Positions 23,351 to 35,831 of a stretch of 39,275 nt of DNA are shown here, in pieces. The stretch comes from Octopus bimaculoides (taxonomy: Eukaryota). The notes under the pieces were generated by a model. It was given only the letters and a program-made list of their open reading frames with translations, did not search any database and had not been told where the DNA came from. A program made the translations under genes and the position numbers. The DNA lies in assembly GCF_001194135.2 (NCBI RefSeq), contig NC_068990.1, forward strand, positions 93,667,524-93,706,798, read 5' to 3'. Each line of letters starts with the position of its first letter. The first letter of the stretch is position 1.

Positions 23351-24252
23351 GCAATGACAATAATGATGACAATGATAATGACTGGCTGATATTTAACTGA
23401 GAGAACATGTGTTGCTCTGATGGTCTAAAAGATGTATGATGACTACGAAGACGGAAATCGAGAGACATTATTGATGAAAAGCATAGATATAGAGAAGGTT
23501 TATAGCTTTAAAGTTAATTTAAAGGGAAGATATTGTTTTGTATAGAAAAAGAAATACATAATCAATATCCTTTATGAACATCAATAATAGAGAAATAAAA
23601 CAGTTGTACTGAACGGAGGAATAGATGAATGGAACCCATTTAAAAACCAGTTTAAAATCAGAACAACAACTTATAATAGTTCAATATTTATTAATAAAAC
23701 AACACTATTAATAAAACAAACATAATTGGTTCTTGAGAGATAATGTATATGGAATCAAAACGTCATAGAATAGGGTCTTTTTGCTGAAATCTCTGAATAA
23801 ATCAGTTGGACTTGATGAGCTCCCAGTATCTTAAAACACACAAAGATACTTTGTCACTATATTTATGCTTTGAAAATGACAATATATCCTTTGTATGCAA
23901 TGATGGAACTCAAAGGGTTCACAAGGGTTCACTTAAACTGGTTACTAAAATTACACAAGTTCATAGAACCGGTTTTTAAATTCTCTGGCTTACATTATAA
24001 TGACTAACCTTTGTGAGAGAAGCAAACAAGATGTGTCCCCTTCAATGGATGAATGAAACTTGATATAAGAGATCAACTAGTGGCTCCCAGGGGACCAACT
24101 TCTGGTCCTCAGAGAAAGGATTGAAGTCGACTTAAAAAATATTCAAGCTAATAGGAATCAATCAATTTACAAAATCACGTTTTTGGATAACTTTTCCTTC
24201 TGAGCTGATCCTGGACTCTACCAGGAAATAAATAGCCAAGATAGTGACCCTT

Positions 24253-24365
24253 TTAACCTTTTTGATACCAATCCACCCAAAACTGTCCCTAGCTCTATGG
24301 TACAAACTTCCTGCCTTAAAGTGATCTAAATTAAAATTTGCCATTAAAATTTCATGGTCTTCCAA
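24253..24365. mobile_element. Possible piggyBac-like MITE end (a second end-like piece is at about 23136-23210)
   Basis: Both pieces begin with TTAACC(T/A)TTT-type termini. Assignment is from recall only. Confidence 0.35.
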
Positions 24366-24487
24366 ATAAGGTAGTGAAATGGAGGTTAATCCAGCACAAT
24401 GTATATAGCTTACTTATAATTAATCTAATACACTGAACGCATAAATGATTATCTTAGTTTACAAATGTATATGCAAGTGTGCATGTC

Positions 24488-24531
<44 letters not shown>

Positions 24532-24789
24532 TGCGTGTGTAAAAATCTGAGGGATCTTTTTATGATCCTTATTTATAAATTTTGTGTTTGTATGTGTATG
24601 AAGGTGGACTTATTGATTCTGTTCCTTTAGAGTACATTCCTTAGCTTCATGCATTGGACACCCTTTAGTTCCATGTTCGAAGAAAGTCCATGGGTCTTTG
24701 GTTCTGCCTCATTTGTTCACCACACGACACCTGCCCCCAATGCAAATTCACCCAAACAAACTTTATGGATCCAATTAATAATGGTTTCT

Positions 24790-25000
24790 GATACAGATAC
24801 AAGGACAGCCATTTTGAGGGGAGGGGATAAGTCAACTACATCGACCTCACTATTTGACCTTTACTTTATTTCCTTAAACCCAGATCTATAAAAGACAAAG
24901 TTGACCTTGGTGTGATTTGAACCAGAAGCATAAAATTCCAAAACAAATGCCGCAAGGCATTTTTTACTGGTGTTCTAATGTTTCTGCCAGCTTACTGCCC
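24790..25000 (-). mobile_element. CORE-type SINE, diverged
   Basis: gaggggaggggataagtcaactacatcgacctc...aaagacaaagttgacc...gatttgaacc...ctaatgtttctgccagct. Confidence 0.7.
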
Positions 25001-25670
25001 TAATAATCCAATTAAGCTAATTAATAATATATGGCTCTCAATTCAGCTTCTATTAATCCTCCCTATGAGTACAAATCACTCATTAAAAAGCACTCAATCC
25101 ACAGACCTGAGTATATAAATTGTGTCCACAACAGCAGAACTCTGAGCCTCACAAAGCATCAATGGAATTTCGAAGTCACTATCAACTTTTGCTTTCCTCT
25201 TTTTCTCTGTCACTCTCTCTCCCTCTCTTGCTACCTTCCTCCTCTGCCCGCCACTGTCACATGACCCGTGGCCGGTTCCCCTTTTCCTTCCTTTCTTACA
25301 CTGGTCCCACAGCTGACCAGTCGCAAATTCTTTGTCTCTCCGTTCTCCATCCTTCCAGACATTTTCTAAACGTTTCCCACTATTCTCGTCTCCTTGGCCC
25401 AAGGCCATATTTTGTTCAACCGCTCGTCCTCGTCCATTGTCCTAAATCACACCCTGTGCTGTTTTGCTTGTTTTGTTTGCTCTCATCCCTAATTCTCTGC
25501 AACAAAACATTTTTTTGTGGGCACTCAGTCTTATCGTTAAAGGTGCAAAACTGAGTATCACCATTCGGTCGATAACTGATGAAGAATTACAGACCTTCGG
25601 TTTGTCTCTCATTTGTTTTTACACTCAGCATATGTGATGTCGTTTATTTACCATACATTTTTTCATATAT

Positions 25671-25717
<47 letters not shown>

Positions 25718-25778
25718 ATATTCTTTTACTCTTTTATTTGTTTTATATGTAAACAATGATGATGATGATGATATACAA

Positions 25779-25931
25779 TGGGCTTCTTTCAGTTTCCGTC
25801 TACCAAATCCACTCACAAGGCTTTGGTTGGCCCAAAGCTTTAGTAAAAGATACTTGTCCAAGGTGCCATGCAGTGGGACTGAACCCAGAACCATGTGGTT
25901 GGTAAGCAAGCTACTTACCACACAGCCACAC
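25779..25931 (-). mobile_element. SINE family A, 5' half
   Basis: gggcttctttcagtttccgtctaccaaatccactcacaaggc...ctacttaccacacagccac. Confidence 0.9.
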
Positions 25932-26027
25932 ACACATACATATATTGTATATACACATACATATATACACATACATATATACACACACACACATATATTT
26001 ATAAGTATATATATATATATATATATA

Positions 26028-26185
26028 TCATCATCATCATTTAACGTCCAGCTTTCATGCTGGCATGGGTTGGATGGTTTCACAGGAGCTGACTCGGTAG
26101 GAGCCTGCACCAGACTTCTGTGTCTGTTTTGGCAGGGTATTTACGGCTGGATGCCCTTCCTAACACTAACCACCCAGCAGAGTGG
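26028..26185 (-). mobile_element. RTE-tail-like SINE/LINE 3' fragment with (GAT)n tail
   Basis: tcatcatcatttaacgtccagctttcatgctggcatgggttggatgg...ggctggatgcccttcctaac. Its reverse complement matches 35355-35457. Confidence 0.75.
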
Positions 26186-26229
26186 AATTTATGAAAATAT
26201 ATATAGAGATACATATATATTATCTATAT

Positions 26230-26275
<46 letters not shown>

Positions 26276-26571
26276 CACGTGTGTGTGTGCACGCATGCTA
26301 AACACAATGCATTCTCACTAACCTAATCCAAAATCTAATACCACAAATCACTCAATAAATATGGTTTGGCAAGATTCTTGATATGAACTTTTGTATAGAA
26401 ACAAATTTTGTATCTTAGGAGGGTCATTAAGCCAATAAGTAACACAACACACCCACTGTTTGTAGTTCACTTCTTTTATTATTCAAAATTTGAAACCATT
26501 ATTTTTATTATTATTATTATTATTATTGTTGTTGTTGTTGTTGTTGTTGCTGTTGCTGTTGTTGTTAGATT

Positions 26572-26765
26572 TGTTAGCACGTTGGACAAATGCTTTGCAG
26601 CATTTTGTCTGTCTTTATGTTATTACTTCAAAGTCATCTGCCGATGACTTTGTCTTTCATCCTTTCGAGGTTGATGAAATAAGTACCAGTTGAGTGCTGG
26701 GGTCAATGTAATCAACTGGCCCCTTCTCGCGAAACTGCTGGCCTTGTACCAAAATTTGAAACTAG
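26572..26765 (+). mobile_element. CORE-type SINE
   Basis: gttagcacgttggacaaatgctt head and gactttgtctttcatcctttcgaggttgatgaaataagtaccagt CORE-like block. Confidence 0.78.
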
Positions 26766-26782
26766 TAGTAGTAGTAGTAGTA

Positions 26783-26990
26783 GTCAACTAGTTAATTATG
26801 TAACCAATTGACTTATTAATTTCTTGAATAATTATTTGGTCAATCAACCATCTAGGTTTGCCAAAGTCCTTTTTTTTTTTTTGTTGCCGTTCGCAACCTC
26901 ATCAATGACATACACTCTCTACTCCAAGTTTGCTTGATTGATTAATCAAACAACTATTTATTTAATTGGTTAAGCAGTTGACTAGTTGAC
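26783..26990. mobile_element. MITE with about 27-bp imperfect TIRs
   Basis: gtcaactagttaattatgtaaccaatt ... aattggttaagcagttgactagttgac, with TA on the left flank. Confidence 0.7.
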
Positions 26991-27214
26991 TGATGATAAT
27001 AAAAGAAGTGAAACACAAACAGTGCATGTGTGTGTGTGTGTGTTTCTTATTGGTATGATGACCCTCCCAAGATACAACAAAAACTCAATATGCAGTTAGC
27101 AATAAGTTAGGACATTTAATGTTGTGACATAATAAATAGGGGATTATCAAGCATCTAATAAAAATCACATCAAACGAATGTGAAAACACTCATATAGCAT
27201 CAGCTTAGTATATG

Positions 27215-27253
<39 letters not shown>

Positions 27254-27260
27254 GTGTGTG

Positions 27261-27291
<31 letters not shown>

Positions 27292-27596
27292 ACATACACA
27301 CATCGGATAAAAGTGTTACATCTTATAAGTGAAAAAGTAACCTTTAGAATATAAAGGAAAAAAAAACAGATTCTGATGTCAAACACGTTGAGTATGTTTC
27401 TTTGATTTGTAAGACACCTCGGCTATGTGACTAAAGGATACCTTCGTTATTTTGTGTGTATGCGCCTGTGTGTGTTCGTGTGTGTTTGTGTGTGTGTGTG
27501 TGTGTGTGAGTTCGTGTCTGTGTGTGTATGTCTACGTGCATGTATGCATAAATATGTAAGTATACATGTATGTTTATGTAGATGCATAAGTATGTA

Positions 27597-27649
<53 letters not shown>

Positions 27650-27650
<1 letters not shown>

Positions 27651-27725
27651 ATCAAACAATAAGCAACACGGATTTCAAAAGTGATTGCAATCACTTTTGA
27701 AATCCGTGTTGCTTATTGTTTGATT
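27650..27725. repeat. Perfect 76-bp palindrome with no spacer
   Basis: aatcaaacaataagcaacacggatttcaaaagtgattg|caatcacttttgaaatccgtgttgcttattgtttgatt; 38/38 pairs. Confidence 0.97.
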
Positions 27726-28291
27726 TTAATCACCCATCCTTTTGGGATGCGATATTCGGGTGCCTTCGCATAAGTACCATATTCAAGCCTTGAATCTATA
27801 TCTAAACCGTCTATATATATATATATATATATATAGGTATGTATCTGTACATGTATATCAAAACGAATGAAATATTTTTTTTTTTAATTCTTTGAGTGCA
27901 AACAAACGATTAACGTTGGAAGGGAGTTGTTACCCAGAGACGTCCTTCGATTTATAGGGGTACAAAGAATGGGAACAAGAAAGTTTGGACCTTTCACACG
28001 TGCACTAACGACCAGGCTGAGATGAAACAGATTCTGAAACTCCAATTACCGGGAACTGAACCGTCACCAACTACGTAATACGATCTGAACCTTTTTTCAA
28101 AAGGTCAAAAATTTTAAAGGGATGAAAGGAAAGTCGTAATTGCGTGTTTTTGCATTTCCCAAAGTAAAGTAAATTTTCTTAAGCCGGGGAGCGGGGTCGT
28201 CTTTCATACATTTCATTAAAGTAATTCGAAGATAGAAAAATGACATGCAAAAACTGCAAAAATACAAAAAAGGTAAAAATGACCGACTCAC

Positions 28292-28363
28292 CTGAGATTT
28301 TAATTAACTACCATGTAAATAGCCCGATGTTTTCTGTTTGTGTATATATGTATATATGTATGT
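28292..28363 (-). other. Candidate 72-nt exon, probably non-coding
   Basis: Acceptor attcctgtttatgttacAG and consensus donor CAG|GTGAGT at 28291. Confidence 0.3.
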
Positions 28364-28389
28364 CTGTAACATAAACAGGAATACAATAC

Positions 28390-28427
<38 letters not shown>

Positions 28428-28432
28428 CAGAC

Positions 28433-28463
<31 letters not shown>

Positions 28464-28827
28464 CAGACAGATAGATAGATAGATATATTGCGACTGCTTA
28501 TAACGGTGAATGTTGTCCCTGGCGATCACTCGCTGCAGGAGTAGGGCATCATCACTCACTGACGCCGTGTAAACTATCAAGACCTCGTTAGAACAGAGAG
28601 CGTGGTGTTGATGACGATGATGACTACGATGATAATGATGATGATGACGATGATGATGGTGATGATGCGGTGATGGTGCTGATGGTATTGGTAGTGGAGG
28701 TGGTAGTGGTGGTGTTAGTGTGCTGATGTGGTGTATTTTAGTCAATAAAACAGTAAGCTGCACCACTAGTCGAGGATGGACGGATGAGGGGAGGGTGGAA
28801 AGAAGTACTAGCGCGAAATACCACGAC

Positions 28828-28865
<38 letters not shown>

Positions 28866-29251
28866 CCTGTGATGGTGTTAATAGTCATTGATGTGAATTA
28901 AAGAAATAAAAAGAAAAGAGGAAGGAAAGACTGTCAAAGGGGAAACATTGCGATAAAGAAAAATCGACAATACACATACACACACACACAGAGGCACATA
29001 CATACATACACTCAAGCACATACACACACACACAAATACACACACACGCACGCAGGCAAATACTCACACAAATACATACAAGCACATACACACACACACA
29101 GAGAGGCACATACACACACAAATACACACACACACACACACACACACACGCTCATACAAATGCACACACATACACACGAACATATTGTTTCACAAGTCAA
29201 GGTACGAAACTCCCGGACCTTGAGTCACTTTGTAAGTTCTGACGATGAAAA

Positions 29252-29289
<38 letters not shown>

Positions 29290-30106
29290 AGCAGAAGAAG
29301 TAGTAGTAGTAGCAGCAGCAGCAAGAACAATAACAACAATAGGCCTGCCGCTGCGCGCTGGCTAATGCCGCAGGACTTCCATCTGTCAGATGTCGACTGG
29401 AAGATCTCTCTAATTCCTAAACAGGGACCGGCCGGGTAATTCAGATTTACAAACAAGGCCGAAGCCTTCCTGCTCTCTTTCTTAACCACCCACCCAGCTT
29501 ACCATGGTAAAACCCGTGTCCGTCTTAACATTACACAGCAATTGTACCCATTCCATTATTGCGGTATTTCCATCCACCCGGGTCATTTCTTTATTCTTTA
29601 ATCGCCTACATCTGCTATTTCCCTGCATCGAACCGTCTTTACTCGTCTGCTGTGTTATTCTTTTGTAAGGTTGACAGACAGGTGGGACAACACGGCTCAA
29701 CACCACCTCCCCACCGCCTATGATGCATAACTACGTTGTGCTTTTACACAGACACGGGTGGCGAGGTAGTGTGTAAGGGTGTATGTATAAGGATATATAT
29801 GTAAGTCTATTTCTGTGTGTGTGTGTGTGTGTGTGTGAAGCTGTGTGAGTCTACGTATGTATGTGAGTGTGTGTATGAGAATATATGTGAATCTGTGCGA
29901 GTGTATGCGTGAGGGTACGTATGTATGTGCTTATATGTGTGTGCAAGTGCACGTGTGACTAAATGGCTGTACGTATATATGGTGTCTACTTTGCAAGACA
30001 AAGTTGTATTTAGAGCCCACATGACACATTCCCGTCAGAAATTCACGGGTCCACATCTTCTTCTCTAGGCTTCGGACTGATGCGCCAATTGAACACCCTT
30101 CTCATA

Positions 30107-30153
<47 letters not shown>

Positions 30154-30485
30154 GCCCAACATTCTGGGCCCTGGGGTTGTCAGATCTCAGGATATTGGGC
30201 TTCAATAGCTAAAAAGACTTCTTGTTGTTTAGCCCCCAGGTCAACACTAATCAAACAGGCCTGTGATCAAAGACACTCCATTTGTGACCATACTGCCTTT
30301 ATGCATATCTAAGACTACATTTTCTACTTTCATTTTCTTTTAAGACGGTGATGTTTTCATTTGATTTGGCTGCTATTTCTACTGGGTCAAGTAACCGCTT
30401 ACAGTCTCGTTGACTTACCTGAATGGCAGATTCATCCAAGCTTAGTGGATAGACATTAAAATGTTATTGATGATGATATTGATGG

Positions 30486-30531
<46 letters not shown>

Positions 30532-31659
30532 CGCTTTTGCTGTTTTTTCCCCAAAACTGATTTATGATCGAAAGCATGAACATTTCGTTTGTCTTCGAAG
30601 TTGATTCTATATCTAGGAACACATCACTGCTTTTCCTTAAAAGACACTAGGGTGTAATATGAGAGTAATTTCGGTTACTATTTCAAACAGATTGACACAA
30701 TAGCGGTGGTGGTGGTGATGGTGGTGGTTACCGTAGCTACCCGTAAGTTGCACCCTTAATTAAGTGTTTAATGTTAATACAGCAACAGATTCGAAACCGA
30801 AACGCTAGATAGCCGACCGGATACCACGGTGAGATCACTGTCATTTCACGTGATCGGCATCAACCCATCACATGATTCGACCTTCTAGAACTTTCTAATT
30901 GAACCTTGTAAAAAGGNNNNNNNNNNNNNNNNNNNNNNNNNNNNNNNNNNNNNNNNNNNNNNNNNNNNNNNNNNNNNNNNNNNNNNNNNNNNNNNNNNNN
31001 NNNNNNNNNNNNNNNNNNGGGGGGGGGGGGGGGGTGCGGCAACTCCACAAACACACACACACACTCACATCATCATTAATGGACACACACAAGCCTCTTG
31101 CCCACACGCGCGCTCCGTCTTCTCTCTCTCTCTCTCTCCTTTCTTTCCTCTTTTCTATCGTTACTATAATGGCACCTGCTCCTCGTAGCAGACTGGTTTT
31201 GTACTTCCACCACACAGGCACCCCCGACCAGCTTGTCCCTTACCTTCCGGCTCCTCTAGTGCGTCTGACCTTCACCCCACATCCTTCCCTTGCACTTGTA
31301 GGAGGAAATACTCGAATCCTGCTGGCCTGGAATCGAACGTTTGCAAATTATGAGACAGAACATGGGCAACCAGTGAAAAGGTGAGGCCGTTCAGGCGGAG
31401 GATTGGAAAGAAACCTGGGGAAAGGCTTCATACTGTGGCACTGGTTCCTTCTGCCATGTAAGTGCAACTTTGCATCATGCAACAAAAATGTGCAAATCTT
31501 TGGCCGGGCTCAAGAGTCATACAAGAGACTCACATTGCATCATCAATGACTCATTTCAATGACTCTTTCTAGCAATGGCTTTGATCATAAACAAGAAAGC
31601 AGCCACTGCTACATATATGTATATGTGCATATATATATATGTATATATGTATTATATGA

Positions 31660-31980
31660 ATTAACAGAATGAGGAGAGTTTGCAGAACATTTATAAAGAG
31701 GTCTTACAGCTGTTTCCGGGATATTTTATATATTCCTTCATCAGAGACGGTGTGAGAGGATGTTTAAGCAGTAGTTAATTTAGATAAGATAGGAAATAGA
31801 GAGTGAATGCAGGGATATTGTATTTGTAAATCCAATGTTTAGGCAGAATGGTATACATATAAGATTCCAATACCCTACTCATAGGCTATTGGAATCTTAA
31901 TAATGGATTTACAAATACAATGACGAATTTTAAAGACTTGGATTTTACTCATAAGGTATTGGAATCTTATATGTATAATA
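31660..31980 (-). mobile_element. Penelope-like element terminal remnant with nested inversions
   Basis: Contains a minimal hammerhead (31701-31748). Perfect inverted pairs at 31817-31834/31904-31921 (18 bp) and 31852-31874/31955-31977 (23 bp). No ORF survives. Confidence 0.55.
31701..31748 (-). ncRNA. Minimal type-I hammerhead ribozyme motif
   Basis: Minus strand: GUCU-CUGAUGA-A-GGAAUAU(AUAAA)AUAUCCC-G-GAAAC-AGCU-GUA/AGAC. Stem I is GUCU/AGAC, the core is intact, the cleavage triplet is GUA and stem III is the palindrome ACAGCUGU. Confidence 0.75.
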
Positions 31981-32072
31981 AAATAAAAAAAGTTTTTTCC
32001 AAAATTCTGACGACTTTTTTCAATATTCAACTCTGTACATCACACCTAACACTACACTACACACATACACAC

Positions 32073-32106
<34 letters not shown>

Positions 32107-32944
32107 GTAACATAGTATATACATATATGTAACATATATACTCACATTGTGTACATTGTATATACATGTGGGGGGGGGGGGTAACAGGAAAATACTTTTT
32201 CAAATTGTTAACTGTACACTTTGATCTTAACTTAATTGCAAGTGGCCATTGGGATAAGCAGAAGAAGAAAGTGTAGGTCTGAAACGATAACAATTTAAAA
32301 CTATGCATCACAAGCTTCCACAAGAACGAAATTACAGACGAAATCCTGAAATTAATGGTCATACTTGACAAATTCCATAAGAGCGAGATCCCGTAACCTG
32401 AGGTGGTCGTAACGCGTGGGATGCCCGTACTACATATAAAACAGAAATATTATCAAAATGGATATCGCCACTTAAGAACTATAGAATTTAAAATGCACCG
32501 GTGAACTAAACAATTGCAGTGCACCTGAGCAGTGTATAATAAGTTCCTTATAAGCTGGCAGAAAGAAATTCTTAAATCATTTTTTCCCTCCATTACTCTC
32601 TTACTTACAACGACTGAAAGCAAGAAGAAGAAAAAGAACCACTTCGCCATTCTCACTCTGGACCACAAAAAGAACAGGGATTAGTTCACTGCTTTTTCTT
32701 CTTTTCTCCCTAAGCAAACAGGAGCTTTCTCTACTTAATTAATATCGATTGTTTACAATTTATACTAAAAAAATGAAGGAATGGGAAATACAGAAATATA
32801 TCACGGGTACAAATGAGGATGGTGAAGCCGAAACTAGTATTTGATAAATGTATCGACATAGCATACATTCCAAACTGAAATCATGTCTGGCTAGTCACTC
32901 ATTTACCAAAAGAAGTATATTTTGTCAATAATCAATGTAGTATT

Positions 32945-33095
32945 CATTTCATTTGTGGCACTTCGTCGTTTATTACGACGAGGGTTCCAGTTGATCCGAT
33001 CAACGGAACAGCCTGCTCGTGAAATTAACGTGCAAGTGGCTGAGCACCTCACAGACACGTGTACCCTTAACGTAGTTCTCAGGAGTTCTCCTCTT
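32945..33095 (-). mobile_element. SINE 3' fragment (another family) interrupting the mariner 3' end
   Basis: Minus strand gtgctcagccacttgcacgttaatttcacgagcaggctgttccgttgatcggatcaactggaaccctcgtcg is a GC-rich repeat I recognise as SINE-like. The family is not named with certainty. Confidence 0.55.
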
Positions 33096-33854
33096 TCAAA
33101 ATTCACTTGTCCATGACGAAAAATATTCCTCCACTACTGTTCTGATCTCGTCTACAGAATTCATATTTTTTCCTTCTAAATGATTTTGAAGACTGTGGAA
33201 TAATCAGACGAGGCAATGTCTGGTGAATATGGTGGGTGGGGTATTGTTTCCCATTCAAACTGCTCCAGCCTTTCGAATGTCATCCTCGCTGTATGTGGCC
33301 GAGCATTATCCTGATGGAAGAATACCTTTCGTCTTGAAACCAAAGATGGTCGTTTTTCTTCTAGCGCAGGTGTCGATGAATGGTTAAATGACCAAATCCA
33401 AGCTTCTTTGCTAGTTACGATGGCATTTTGTTCCACCAGGTTTTGCAGGACGTCCTCGTTGAACTCTACAGATCTTCCAAAACGAGGCTCGTCTTCTAGG
33501 TTCTAGTTTCTGGCTCAGAATTTCTGGAAGTACCGTTTTCACTGGCTTACGCTTATTGTCCGATCCCCAGATACTGAATTAATATTCCTCATACTTTCTG
33601 TTGCGTTGTTGCCTTTATTGAACTCATAAAGCAAAATATGCCGAATATGCTCCTTTGCCACTTCCATTATAGCTTTGAAAAATAACTGTTAAAATCGAAC
33701 TGCACTCTTCAAAACTTGCACAAAGAATAAAGACAAAGTAATATTACTACCTGCTTTCATAGCAAGTTGATGCAGGTAGTTTATCCCGTTGCCTTCCGAC
33801 TTTTAGTTCATGCAATTTTAAAAAAACCCGCATTATTTCTGGGATGACCCAATA
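33095..33854 (-). mobile_element. Mariner (DD34D) element, internally deleted pseudogene, 5' TIR intact
   Basis: TA plus TIR ttgggtcatcccagaaataatgcggg. ATG at 33667: MEVAKEHIRHILLYEFNKGNNA... Catalytic region FHQDNARPHTA...HPPYSPDIASSDY with 34 residues between the two aspartates. Contains stops. Confidence 0.93.
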
Positions 33855-34013
33855 TATATGAACTTTCTTGCTTGCTCATTCTTGATCTTCAACTGAATCA
33901 GAATGCAGACGCACTTCGGCAACGGGTCCTTATTTTCTCTGAATCACTGATGCAAGTGCGCTTCCATACATTCCCTTGTTTACGCCTTTTTTTTTTGTAA
34001 ATGTGTGTGCATG

Positions 34014-34077
<64 letters not shown>

Positions 34078-34336
34078 GATACAGATACAGATATTGATTT
34101 GGTTTGTTTTTGTTTTTGTTGTTGTTTTTCACAAGACATCTTTGTTCATATCCTTCTTTTTAATTAATCATTAAATGTTAATGGTTCTCAAAGTTTGTAA
34201 AGCATAAAGTCTTCCCATTTGTCTACACAAAACTGTTTTAGGTTTTACCTTCTGTTAAAGGATTTCTACTCAGTAACATTAACAGTATTGTATAACAAAT
34301 TATTTTCTCCAACCAGAATTTCTATTTTTACCTTAG

Positions 34337-34411
34337 AAACCTCATAGAATTAGGCATTCCAAGAAAGCAAAGGCAAATCACTCAAGTTGAAATATTCTGT
34401 ATAGTCAGCAG
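34337..34411 (+). other. Candidate 75-nt symmetric coding exon (unassigned)
   Basis: Acceptor tttctatttttaccttAG and donor CAG|GTAATG. One open frame, NLIELGIPRKQRQITQVEIFCIVS (phase 2-2). No homology recognised. Confidence 0.3.
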
Positions 34412-35199
34412 GTAATGGTTTATTATGTGTGAGCAAGAACCAAGTATAAATAAATGGCATATTTATGTACAGGTGTTGTAAGTCAATCTAAATCTGTGTT
34501 CACATACCAAATTACTCTTACTTAGAATGAGAGAAAAAAAGCATTATTATTTTATGAAACAAGAAATTTTATCCCAAAATCTCTACCTTTTTTTAATTTC
34601 TTTTTTATTTTTTTGTTTTTGGTTAATTGATTTCTTTATATTTAGTTTTATAAACCACGATTATTAATGAACATTAATACATAATTGATGACTTGCTAAG
34701 TGTTTTGTTTCTCGGTTTGTGAATTTAGAGATTTTCTCACCAGTTTATGTCCTTTGCCATTCAGCTGATTGATAAACTTACACTCACCGTCCCACTACAA
34801 TCACCAGTTCATACACATAATCCTCCCCCCTCTCTCTTTCTCCCCCTCTCTCTCCTCTCCCTCTCTCTCTCCTCTCCCCCTCTCTCTATTTTGCCACTAT
34901 TACAATAGAGTCTCCTCTTCATACCTACCATCTATTTGCAACTACCCTTCTACGAGTCCTTCCAATTAACCCATTTCTCTTCAATCAGTTATACAAACCT
35001 AAAATAAAGGTTAGCTACAGCAACAAACCCGTTTCAATCCCAAGTTGAATTCATTTTAATTTCCAGGCATTGCTTTTGTTTTTTTTTTGTTTTTTTATTA
35101 TTATCTTTGGCCAAGCCATGAATATCACAACTTGGAATTTCTGTTCCATCACACACGACATTAATGCTTTCTATTCTAATGACTTTTCTACTATTTTCT

Positions 35200-35315
35200 T
35201 CAGGTTTCAAATCCTTCCAAGGTTAACCTTGTCTTTCATCTCTCTGGAGGTCAAAGAAGTAAAAGTGCCAGTCAACACAACCCCCACCCCTCAAAATTCC
35301 TGGCCTTGACATATT
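35200..35315 (+). mobile_element. CORE-type SINE fragment
   Basis: ggtttcaaatcc..ttaaccttgtctttcatctctctggagg...cctcaaaattcctggccttg. Confidence 0.6.
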
Positions 35316-35354
35316 GCAGTGTGGTGGTGTTGATTCATGGTCAACTTACTAAAA

Positions 35355-35457
35355 AAGAGCCTGGTGCAGTCTCCTGGCTTCCCAGACCCCAGTCGAACCA
35401 TCCAACCCATGCCAGCAAGGAAAACAGACGTTAAACGATGATGATGATGATGATGAT
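35355..35457 (+). mobile_element. RTE-tail-like 3' fragment with (GAT)n tail
   Basis: gaaccatccaacccatgccagcaaggaaaacagacgttaaacgatgatgatg. Confidence 0.75.
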
Positions 35458-35831
35458 AGGTAATACTGGCAATACAATATCTTTATTATATTGTGCACAT
35501 TGAGGCAAGAATATTAAAAACGGAAGAACAGCCAGACATGCAGTACATTGCAGAAGCAACCTACAAATTCAGACACCACCCCAAAAATATTATATAATAT
35601 GCTTACTACATTGTGCAAAACCAGACTTGTGTCTCAGGTAAGAATTAAATTTGTAGATTAATGTCAGAAAGAATGTGGTGGGATTTGAACCCTGACAGCA
35701 AGGAATACAGGTCTGGAACAAACCTGTTGCAAATATTTGCAGATATATTTATCTGACAGTAAAAGAATTAGTAAAAATGGAAGCAAAATTAACTGGAACG
35801 AGAGGAAATTTGAGATTTATAGAACTAATAA

